Positions 10,347 through 19,759 of a stretch of DNA of 20,000 nt are shown here, piece after piece (position 1 is the first letter of the stretch; every line of letters starts with the position of its first letter). The position numbers were made by a program, and so were the translations under genes. The stretch is from Vicugna vicugna (lineage: Eukaryota). The notes under the pieces are model-generated. The model did no database searches. It was not told the origin of the DNA and was given only the letters and a program-made list of their open reading frames with translations. Where the stretch lies: NCBI GenBank assembly GCA_013265495.1, contig MU058531.1, positions 3,898,644 through 3,918,643 of the forward strand, in the 5' to 3' direction.

Positions 10347-10591
10347 GAAAACGAATGTATCTTGGAGAGGGCCTGGCCCAAATGGAGCTGTTTTTATACC
10401 TGACCAGTATTTTAAAGAAATTTACCCTGGAATCTGTGGGTGTCCCAAAGGTTATCAACACCACTGTGATTTCTAGCAGGTTTGGCCACGTGCCGCCCTT
10501 GTACCAGTACTGCTTCACCAGTCCGGCTGCTCCTGTGCTGTTGTCTCTAACTCCTCCCTTTCTTTCTTTCAACCAGGAGTGCTTTCGCTGA
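10347..10591 (+). pseudogene. CYP2C exon 9, heme Cys to Tyr, stop lost with read-through into the former 3' UTR
   Basis: tttcag|[50 protein letters not shown]...[12 protein letters not shown] at 10358-10360 replaces the Cys codon. The usual IPV-stop ending is missing after about 10517; the first in-frame stop is TGA at 10589-10591. Confidence 0.93.
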
Positions 10592-10820
10592 CCTCCCATC
10601 TCATATCTCCTCATTCCATCAATATCCAGTGAACATCCAGCCTCCATTGTAGGTGAGATTCCTGAATTTTGTTGAATAAATATATGTGCTAACACTTCTT
10701 TTGGCCACCACAAATGCTAACACTTATCTAATATTGACTTAGTACTATGTTATCACTGTGAAACACAGAAGAATGAGGAGTATAAGCCACTACACAGCCA
10801 TTTGTCCTCTGCATGTTCTA

Positions 10821-10826
10821 AATAAA
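10821..10826 (+). terminator. Polyadenylation signal of the pseudogene 3' UTR
   Basis: AATAAA in gcatgttctaAATAAAaagc, similar to the CYP2C 3' end as recalled. A second AATAAA lies at 10675-10680. Confidence 0.6.
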
Positions 10827-11399
10827 AAGCCTCAGTATTTGCTGAGCCTGTTCTCAGACTTTCCTTCTTTGTATGTAATACAGGTAAGAAATGGAAGAAA
10901 ATAGAGTCCAAAGAGGCCTTACTTGTCCTTAATGATGAGCACTGAGGTACATAGGGAAAGAGGCCAGAAAAACTCCCTTGGCTGAGTGTCTCCTACAGTT
11001 ACTTGAGGTTTGGATTTGTAAGTGAGAGAAATTGTATTCAAGAGCAGCTCCAACCTGTAGGGAAACAATGAGAAGATCAGCAGTGGGAGGAATGAACAAT
11101 AAGGGTTGGAACTCATTTCTCGGCTTTGGTGTCACTGTGATTGCTAATTAAATAAAGACATGCCATGTTCTCATTACTATATGTTTCAAGGTTACAGTCA
11201 AATATTAACATATGCTTTCATTTTCCTAATCATATATTCTAAGTGTTATTCTTTTCTCTGTGAACAGGAACAAAATTTCTGAAAGGCATTACCAAATTCT
11301 GTTTTTTTCTATATCCACCAGATTGTTAAGTGTGATAGCAATTTGATGCTATGATCCTGAAGTCTCTAGTTTGATATCATCGTTAAAGCGTAGACAACT

Positions 11400-12220
11400 G
11401 GGAGATAAAGGATATCTTTGGGACTTCTCCCTGAAACACCAGTGGAAATGAGACTTAGAAATTCCTATGGCATTGGTATTAATTTCTTGATTTTGAAGGT
11501 TATTATTATATGGGAGATTTGCCTTGTTTGAACAAAGTAGGTACTGAAATAATTCAGGTCTTTGGAATCAGGTTAGCAGTTTACCCTCAAATGTTTCAAA
11601 GTAAAATAATTCTTTGGCATACCACCGAGTTCCCTCTCTGACACATGTATTTGTTTAAAAAATGTGTGAAGCCAACTATTGGCTCATATCCAGAATAAAC
11701 TAGTTTTTCGTATACAGAAACTCAGTAACATTAAGTTTCATGGAAATGCAATTAAAAATTTTAATGAGCTATTCTTATATAGCCATCAAAATGGTTAAAA
11801 TGAAAAAGACTATACTACAGGCTGACAAGAAAGCAAAGCATGTGAAATTCTCAGAGTAAAACTGTAAATTGGCCTAATCATTTGGATAATTTTTTTGGCA
11901 GTATTTACTGGAAGTAAACACATGCATGTCTAGCAGTTCCATTTGTAGGGCTGTACTTAACAGAAAAGCAATACATTGGGATCTGAAGAAGACATGTATA
12001 GGAATATACTTAATAGCAGCAGTCAAAATAGCCCCACATGGGAAGAAACTAAAACGTCCATAACAGTACAATGGAAAAAAGAAATAGAGTCCAAACAGGC
12101 CATATTCAGGAAACTTGGAGAACATCAAATAAGAAAAGTACCTCAAAGTCTACATGTAGGCACATCATGTTCAAAGGCAGAATATAAAGACAAAGAAAAT
12201 ACCTTGAAAGAAGCCAGAGG
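11400..12220 (+). mobile_element. Mosaic of old L1 fragments (3' UTR-like, ORF2 end, ORF1 piece)
   Basis: About 11740-12075 resembles the ORF2 C-terminus (ggaaatgcaattaaaa..aaaatggttaaaatgaaaaagact). About 12090-12220 resembles ORF1 (gcacatcatgttcaaa..aaagacaaagaaaataccttgaaagaagccagagg). Confidence 0.6.
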
Positions 12221-12221
12221 A

Positions 12222-13962
12222 AGAAGCAACCTAAATGTCCACTGACAGATGACTGGATAAAGAATATACAATGCAAGATACAATAAACCTCCTAGAAGAA
12301 AATATAGGCAAAACATTATCTCACATACATCTCAAAAATGTTCTCCTAGGGCAGTCTACCCAGACAATAGAAATAAAAGCAAGAATAAGCAAATAGGACC
12401 TAATGAAACTTACAGGCTTCTGCACAGCAAAGGAAACCATAAGTAAAACAAAACACAACCTATGGAATGGGAGAAAATTTTTGCAAATGAAACCAACAAA
12501 GGCTTGATCTCCAGAATATATAAGCAGCTCATACGACTTAATAAGAAAAAAAACAAACAACCAGTCCAAACCAAANNNNNNNNNNNNNNNNNNNNNNNNN
12601 NNNNNNNNNNNNNNNNNNNNNNNNNNNNNNNNNNNNNNNNNNNNNNNNNNNNNNNNNNNNNNNNNNNNNNNNNNNNNNNNNNNNNNNNNNNNNNNNNNNN
12701 NNNNNNNNNNNNNNNNNNNNNNNNNNNNNNNNNNNNNNNNNNNNNNNNNNNNNNNNNNNNNNNNNNNNNNNNNNNNNNNNNNNNNNNNNNNNNNNNNNNN
12801 NNNNNNNNNNNNNNNNNNNNNNNNNNNNNNNNNNNNNNNNNNNNNNNNNNNNNNNNNNNNNNNNNNNNNNNNNNNNNNNNNNNNNNNNNNNNNNNNNNNN
12901 NNNNNNNNNNNNNNNNNNNNNNNNNNNNNNNNNNNNNNNNNNNNNNNNNNNNNNNNNNNNNNNNNNNNNNNNNNNNNNNNNNNNNNNNNNNNNNNNNNNN
13001 NNNNNNNNNNNNNNNNNNNNNNNNNNNNNNNNNNNNNNNNNNNNNNNNNNNNNNNNNNNNNNNNNNNNNNNNNNNNNNNNNNNNNNNNNNNNNNNNAAGA
13101 CATACAAATGATCAATAGGTATGTGAAAAAATGCTCAATATCACTAATTATCAGAGAAATGCAAATCAAAACTACAATGAGGTATCACCTCACACCAGTC
13201 AAAATGGCCATCATTCAAAAGTCCACAAATGACAAATGCTGGAGAGGCTGTGGAGAAAAGGGAACCCTCCTACACTGCTGGTGGGAATGCAGTTTGGTGC
13301 AGCCACTGTGGAAAACAGTATGGAGATTCCTCAAAAGCCTAGGAATAGACTTACCATATGACCAGGAATCCCACTCCTGGACATATGTCCAGAAGGAACC
13401 CTACTTCAGGATGACACCTGCACCCCAATGTTCATAGCAGCATTATTTACAATAGCCAAGACATGGAACAGCCTAAATGTCCATCAATAGCTGACTGGAT
13501 AAAGAAGATGTATATTTATACAATGGAATACTATTCAGCCATATAAACGGACAACATAACGCCATTTGCAGCAGCTTGGATGTTCCTGGAGAATGTCATT
13601 CTAAGTGAAGTAAGCTAGAAGGAGAAAGAAAAATACCATATGAGATTGCTCATATGTGGAATCTAAAAAAAACCAAAACATAAATACAAAACAGAAACAT
13701 ACCCATAGACATAGAATACAAACTTGTGGTTGCCAAGGGGGTGGCAAGGGACAGTCTGGGATTTCAAAGTTGTAGAATAGATAAACAAGATTATACTGTA
13801 TAGCACAGGGAGATATATACAAGATCCTATGGTAGCTCACAGTGAAAAGAAAGTGACAATATATGTATGTTCATGTATAACTGAAAAATTGTGCTCTACA
13901 CTGGAATTTGACACAATGTTGTAAAATGACTATAACTCAATAAAAAATGTAAAAAAAAAAAG
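12222..13962 (+). mobile_element. Younger lineage-specific LINE-1 3' portion spanning an assembly gap
   Basis: ORF2 peptides MEWEKIFANETNKGLISRIYKQL and [61 protein letters not shown], then 3' UTR, AATAAA and poly(A) at about 13939-13961. Confidence 0.93.
12576..13096. other. Assembly gap (521 N)
   Basis: Run of n characters. Confidence 1.
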
Positions 13963-14094
13963 AAAAATAAGACAAAAATAATATTTATTTTTACTTTGGA
14001 TGCAGAGAATGAGAGGGTTAGGTCAGACTGTTAGAAGGATCATTGCAGATTCTAAAGAATGGAATATAAAAATATTTTAAGATCAAGAAAAAAA

Positions 14095-15080
14095 TAAATA
14101 AAAAAAAACTCTCTGTTTTCAGATAATATATCTATCTAGGTAGGAAATCCCCCAAACTGAACCCCTTCCCCACCAAAAATCCTCCTAGAGTTAATCAACA
14201 ATTGCAGCAAGGTTGTAGGATCCATTTTTTGTGTAATAGTCAATTGGTATTCTGTATATCAGCAATGAACAATTGGGGTTTGAAATTTAAATCAGTATTA
14301 TTTACCGTAACAGAAAAATGAAATACTTAGATATAAAACTGGACAAAATATATATACATGATCTATATGAAGAAACCCACAAACCTCTGATTAAAGAAAC
14401 CAAACATCTAAATAAATGGAGAGCTGTTCCGTTTCCATGGATAGGAAGACTTAATATTGCCAAGTTGTCAGTTCTCAATTTGAACTATAGATTCAATGCA
14501 ATCGAATAAAAATTCTTTCAAGTTTTTTTTAGATATTGACATTTTGATTCTAAGTTTAACAGGGAGAAGTGAACATCCCAAAATCATCAATTAAATATTG
14601 AAGGAGAATTATAAAGTCAGGGTACTGATTCTTTCTTACCTCAAGTTTTTTTTTTAATAAAGCTACAGTAATAAAAAAAAAACCTACAGTAATGAAAACA
14701 TGTGGTATTCATGGAAGAATAAGCAAATGGAGCAGTGAACCAAAACAGCCCAGAAATAGATCCAGACAAATATAGTCAACTGATGTTTGAGAAAGGAGCA
14801 TCGGCAATACAATGGATAAAAGGTAGGCCTTTCAAGAAAAGGTAATCCTTTCAAGAAATGTTTATGAAACAACCGAACATCTACTTGCAAAAAAAGAAAA
14901 GAAAAAATCTACACACAGATCTTAACTGCCTTTACAAAAATTAACTTAAAATGGATCCCAGAACTACATGTAGAATGCAAAATATCAAAACTCTTAGAAA
15001 ATAAACTGATAAAAAATATAGATTACATTGAGCCTGTTCATGACTTTTTAAATATATCACCAAAGCATAATCTATTTTAA
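14095..15080 (+). mobile_element. Old LINE-1 ORF2 fragment similar to 125-1065
   Basis: KYLDIKL..DLYEETHKPLIKETK..LNKWRAVPFPWIGRLNIAKLSVL..YRFNAI. Shares agcaatgaacaattg, gaaatacttagatat and caaatatagtcaa with the L1 at the window start. Confidence 0.85.
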
Positions 15081-15835
15081 AAAGGAACCCTCCTATACTG
15101 TTAGTGGGAATATAATTTGGTGCCCCATTATGGAAAACAGTAAGGAGATTCCTCAAAAAACTAAAAATAGACTTACCATATGATCCAGCAATTCCACTCC
15201 TGGGTATATATCCAGAAGAAACTAATTCAAAAAGATGCATGCATCCCAGTATTCATAGTATATACAATAGCCAAGACATGGAACCAACCTAGATGTCCAT
15301 CAACAGAAGACTGGGTAAAGAAACTGTGGTGTGTGTGCAAAATATATATATATAATGGAATACTACTCAGCCATAAAACAGAATAAAATTTGCAGCAACA
15401 TGGATAGACCTGGAAATTGTCATTTTAAGTGAAGTAAGCCAAAATGAGAAAGAATAATACCATATGATATTACTTATATGTGGAATCTAAAAAAAAAGAC
15501 ATAAATGAACTTATTTACAAAACAGAAACAGACTTGCAAACAAAGAAAACAAACTTATGGTTACCAGGAGGGAAAGGGGATCGACAGAGAGAAATTGGAA
15601 ATTTTAGATTTTCAGATGCTAAGTACTATATGTAAAATAGATAACAAGTTTATACTGTGTAGCACAGGGAACCATATTCAGTATCTTATGGTAACCTATA
15701 ATGAAAAAGAATATGAAAAGGAATATATCTATGTATATGTGTCACTGAAATATGTGTACACCAGAAATTGACACAATACTGTAAACTAACTGTACTTCAA
15801 CTAAAAAAATTTTTAAATAAAAATAAAATAAAATT
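15081..15835 (+). mobile_element. 5'-truncated younger LINE-1 3' end
   Basis: aaggaaccctcctatactgtt..gacttaccatatgatccagcaattccactcctggg, then 3' UTR and an A-rich tail. Closely similar to 13258-13670. Confidence 0.9.
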
Positions 15836-15844
15836 GCTTCAGAA

Positions 15845-16256
15845 AAATAATAAAATATTTAGAAATAAACCTGACCAAGGATGTGAAAGACTTATAGCTG
15901 AGAGTTATAAAACATAGATGAAGGAAATTAAAGATGATTTAAAGAAATGGAAAGATATCCCATGCTCTTGGATTGGAATAATTAATATTGTTGCAGTAGC
16001 CATAGTACCCAAAGCAATCTACAGATTTAATGCAATCCCTATCAAATTACACAGGACATTTGCAGATACTAACTACTATATATAAAATAGATAAACAGCA
16101 AGGTCTTGTATAGCACAGGGTACTATATTCAATACCTTGTAACAGCTTATTGTGAAAAGGAAAAATATATATATATATAAAACTGAATCACTGCTGTACA
16201 CCAGAAACTTACACAGCATTGTATTCTGACTATACTTCAATTTTAAAAGAAAGAAA
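15845..16256 (+). mobile_element. Internally deleted L1: mid-ORF2 piece joined to a 3' UTR end
   Basis: 15860-16060 is ORF2-like ([30 protein letters not shown]). It is followed directly by 3' UTR sequence (tatagcacaggg..ctgtacaccagaaact..actatacttcaatt). Confidence 0.8.
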
Positions 16257-16634
16257 TGAGCTTCATCAGAAGGAAAGTGGAGTAAAGCAGGGACACTCTT
16301 TTCTCAAGGAATAAAAGTGTTGGCTCTAAAGAAAGTGATGGCATTTACTTTACCTAAAGTAAGCTGGTTGGCTCTTTTAGATTTTAGAGCTCTGTGACAG
16401 TGGTAGCAAATTACTGCTTCTCTTTGTTCTAAATAAAGGTTACATTGAGTCTTGGACTCACTCAAGTTTAAAGATTATAAAACTAAACTCTTTGATCACC
16501 ATTTTAATCAACTGATACTGTAACTATTAACTAAATCAATAAATTTGGAAATTCACTGACTAGCATGAGTGAGAAAACATTGGATCATAAAGCACATTCA
16601 GCAGATGTGGTGACCCTGGTGAACTGAATGATTC

Positions 16635-16740
16635 AGGAGATGTAAGTCCCAGTCTCAGCTCTACCACCTACTGTGTCCTTAACACAAGTACTGAATCTCC
16701 AAGGCCCAGTTTCCTCATCCATAAATGGAAATAATTTTAC
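16635..16740 (+). mobile_element. MIR SINE remnant (paralog of 2995-3105)
   Basis: cagctctaccacctactgtgtcctt..cccagtttcctcatccataaatggaaataat is the MIR core. Confidence 0.65.
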
Positions 16741-17148
16741 CTTACTCAAAGGAAATTGAGAGACTTTTCAAAAGAGATATCATGGGTTTGAAAATTCTCT
16801 GTTACATGAGGAATAAAACATGAATCCATGTAAATATGGGGAATAAAATATTTTGTAATTAGGTCTTGACAAAAACTTACTTTTCCTTACTAAAAGAGCT
16901 TAGAAAGAACTTCACTAATCAGTTTAGAACAAACAGGATGATATCTTTGTAGAATACATGTTTTGTAAAGCATTGTCATTAGTGATGTGTATCATTCCAG
17001 TCGTATTTAGATTCTCATCATCACTAAATGTCATCTGTCAGGTCTGCTTGTTGTGGTGGTTCTGTGAGGTAGGTTAGTTTATTGAAGTCCTTGTCCCCCA
17101 TGCTTCACTGAATCCACACCTGTTCTGTGTAAAATCTCTCTTTTTTGC

Positions 17149-17659
17149 TATTGATGACACATTGAATTTATAATGGAGTAACTACAGTTCAGGCCTATAG
17201 AAGTGGAGTCAGGTGGCCATTGAGGATCTGGTCTCAGGCATGTCTCTGCACCAGTGAGAACATGAACTTTCTTTGACCTGTACCAGACCCAAGGACACCA
17301 CCAGGCATATTCAGAACTACACCTGCCAGCTGCATTCTCTGGTCTCAAAGTCTTCTCCTGGTAACTATGCAACCATTTTGGAACCCAGCCATTCCTTACT
17401 TAACAGGAACCCTTACTTGCCAGCTCCACATATAACTTTTGATAAACAACTCATGTAACTAACTGTAACCTTGCAGTTTTCCCATTTAGAAGCCTCCACA
17501 ATTTTGTAGTCCAGTGGAACACAATTCAGGTTCTTCTCAAGTCTGTATATTCCAGTCTGCAGTCCTAACAAACCCGCAATAAACATGTTTTATTTATTTA
17601 TTAAGGTGTTTAAACACTTGAAGCAATCGGGTCTCCATTTTCTAAAATTTTGGTCAACA
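17149..17659 (+). mobile_element. Probable solo ERV LTR
   Basis: About 510-bp block absent from the paralogous flank. Termini TATTGA...TCAACA (near-inverted TGTTGA/TCAACA) and AATAAA at 17578-17583. No clear TSD. Confidence 0.6.
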
Positions 17660-18088
17660 CAGTATATACTTCATTCCATTATTTCTGACAGTTGGAGGTT
17701 CCAAAAGATGACAGAAGCAACTGTGTCTGGAGGCAACTGGGAGGTTTGAGCCACAGTTTCTTGAGCCTTCCACACTAAATTCTTGTGGTTGGCTCTCCCC
17801 TCAGCTACCTGAGCAAGTTTTACCTCTGCAGTGATGGAGAGCGGTGAATCCCTGTCATTTATTCCTTCTCTTGAGAATCTATGACCCTTTTATACTTGGA
17901 GTTTTGAAATCAGCTGGTAGAGTCCTTAAGTTCAGAATTGAAGTTCTCAATGATGCAGAAACATGTCAGAAACCCCATTCATAATGACCATCTGGATTCA
18001 TTTTGGATCCCTGAACCATAGTTACTCCACCTTGATTTGTAAATGATCTTAGAAATGTCATCACTATTTTATGTATGGGCACATGTAA

Positions 18089-18579
18089 TGTTCGTGAAAC
18101 AGCCTGGGACCTGGGACCCTTTACTGCAGTGCTTGCACCTAGACAAACATCTCTTCGAGCAACACAATACAATGAAACTATAAAAGACTGAAAGTAACTG
18201 CATATACTTATAACTGCATAATTGCAGTCAGGGCAATTATGAACAATAAGATACATAAAGGCAAAAACCCAGCTACCGGTTCAGAGATGCCAGGAGCAAA
18301 AGCACGGTATACTACACATGACTCCTGCACACAGAACCACCGAGGAGATGGGTAGGCCACCTAAGTCACCCCTCTGGCTCAACCCACTGTCCGCCCCTAC
18401 CCTCACCTTGCTTAAGGAGCCAGCTTGCCCCTCCTTGGGAAGTGAGCAAGGGAACCAGCTTCTTGTTCTTGCTCCCTTGTTCTGCAGCACAAGTCCCAAT
18501 AAAGCCTTGCCTGAATTTCTTGTCTGGCCTCATATCAACTTCTGTTGATTAAACGGTCCAAGAACCTGAGTCTGTAACC
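18089..18579 (+). mobile_element. Probable solo ERV1-type LTR
   Basis: About 490-bp block of higher GC absent from the paralogous flank. Starts TGTT, ends ..gtaac(c). cccAATAAAgccttgcctgaatttcttgtctggcct (AATAAA at 18498-18503) resembles a cetartiodactyl LTR R/U5 as recalled. Confidence 0.72.
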
Positions 18580-18785
18580 TTAGTACAGTGAATTAAAATA
18601 CTTTAACATCTTTCATTTTCAAGGGCAAAGTAACCAAGTGTTAGATATAGCATTGGAAAATAAACTTTGTAGAATAAATAACAGAGGCATACAAAACACT
18701 GTTGTCCTCAAAATCATACATTCCCAACTGGTCATTGATTTGAATCCAGAGTTATGAGCCTTTTTTGGTATCAAATTATTTATGT

Positions 18786-18880
18786 CAGTGATTCTCAATC
18801 CTGGCTGCACAGTGAAACCACTTCTTTAAAAATTATTAGTACCTACACCACAGCCCAGTACAGTTAAGCAAGAATCTTCA
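18786..18880. mobile_element. MER5-like remnant (paralog of 4053-4160)
   Basis: cagtgattctcaatcctggctgcacagtgaaaccac..tttaaaaaat..agaatct. Confidence 0.6.
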
Positions 18881-18909
18881 GAGAGCTGTTACTGAACACA
18901 GAGAAAACA

Positions 18910-18954
18910 AGACTAAAGGACACTTTCTTTTCGTTAACAGTGGGACAAAGTCCA
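18910..18954 (+). promoter_or_regulatory. Two HNF4alpha DR1-type sites of the CYP2C proximal promoter
   Basis: AGACTAAAGGACA (18910-18922) and GGGACAAAGTCCA (18942-18954, containing the HNF4-specific CAAAGTCCA core) at -188 and -156 from the ATG. These match the positions of the known liver HNF4 sites of human CYP2C9. Confidence 0.75.
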
Positions 18955-19036
18955 CACAGAATAGCATACAAAGTGGGTGTAACTGATTGGTGTCTCCTTA
19001 TACCTCAGAGGCGCAGGCTGAATTAGCAGGGGCTGT

Positions 19037-19043
19037 TATAAAA
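19037..19043 (+). promoter_or_regulatory. TATA box of downstream CYP2C gene
   Basis: TATAAAA 61 nt upstream of the ATG, in the typical CYP2C context (ttagcagg..tgtTATAAAAgc). Confidence 0.8.
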
Positions 19044-19097
19044 GCATTAGATTTCAGGCCCACAGCTGTCTCAGAAGAGGAGGGGGAGGAGGTGTTC

Positions 19098-19262
19098 ATG
19101 GATCCAGTTGTGGTCCTGGTGCTCTGTCTCTCCTGTTTGCTTCTTTCACTCTGGATACAGAGCTCTCGGAATGGGAAGCTCCTGCCTGGCCCCACTCCTC
19201 TCCCAATTCTTGGAAACATTCTACAATTAGATGTTAAGAACATAAGCAAATCCTTGAGCAAT
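19098..19262 (+). CDS. CYP2C: Cytochrome P450 2C family gene, coding exon 1 (gene continues beyond the window)
   Basis: ATG at 19098 reads [57 protein letters not shown] signal-anchor, basic linker and proline-rich hinge of CYP2C. It ends in phase 0 at a GTAAGT donor (19263), the conserved CYP2C intron-1 position. The exact paralog and its functionality cannot be determined from exon 1 alone. Confidence 0.93.
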
Positions 19263-19759
19263 GTAAGTAGGTTTTATGCTCCTCCAGTGTCTTTTAAAGG
19301 GTAAGTAAATTCAGTTCAATTTTAAAAATAATACATATTCCTATGGGCACACAGTCAAAATAGGTCATTATGTAGGAAATTATCCCAGCAAATTTTGATA
19401 TTTCTATTGCCGTTTCAGGTATGTCATTATCATAAAAACAGAACAAAATAGTGTGTTTTGTGGGTATAGAAACCTTTGGGTCTTCTTAGGGTCTTTGTAT
19501 TTCTACCTCTTCCCCTTTTTATGGATGGGAAACACCATAGTTGGCAAAGAATGACTCCTGTCCATTGTGCCCTTTGCTAACTCTGTGTTTCATTTTATTG
19601 TCTTTGAGATAAGTTGTGGAATAATAATGGTAATGTGAATGATTCTTTATAGAAATGCGATTTGTATCTTTAGAAGATGCAGTTACTTACTGCCCTCAGG
19701 GTATGGACCAGTTTTGTGTTTGTTAAGAATCTCACTTTCTGCATCCTTGATGGCATATG

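Larger units (their letters stand above)
4370..10591 (+). pseudogene. CYP2C: Unprocessed CYP2C pseudogene (remnants of exons 1, 2, 3, 8, 9; exons 4-7 not found)
   Basis: Collinear CYP2C exon remnants with introns. Lesions: start ATG to GTG, exon 1/2 deletions, C-helix WxxxR Arg lost, exon 8 acceptor AA, heme-ligand Cys to Tyr, native stop deleted. Confidence 0.92.
16257..19097 (+). repeat. Paralogous CYP2C 5' flank, copy 2 (about 1 kb longer owing to two LTR-like insertions)
   Basis: Same collinear blocks as 2516-4369, interrupted at about 17149-17659 and 18089-18579. Confidence 0.85.

Noticed and set aside
10358..10360. Idea of a novel Tyr-ligated (catalase-like) P450
   Set aside because: Exons 4-7 (including the I and K helices) and the membrane anchor are missing, so a heme-binding fold cannot form.
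10291..10713. 140-aa minus-strand ORF
   Set aside because: Antisense shadow of CYP2C exon 9 and 3' UTR with no recognisable protein features.
12321..13169. Long ORFs of 189-282 aa in the ORF track
   Set aside because: Artefacts of translating through the N gap; the flanks are L1 ORF2.
14820..14858. Short tandem duplications inside old L1s (also about 762-782 and 14663-14693)
   Set aside because: Ordinary slippage in neutral repeats; not an array or CRISPR-like structure.
18987..19304. 105-aa ORF with an N-terminal extension before MDPVVV
   Set aside because: It starts at a TTG upstream of the TATA box and runs through the exon-1 donor; only 19098-19262 is exonic CDS.
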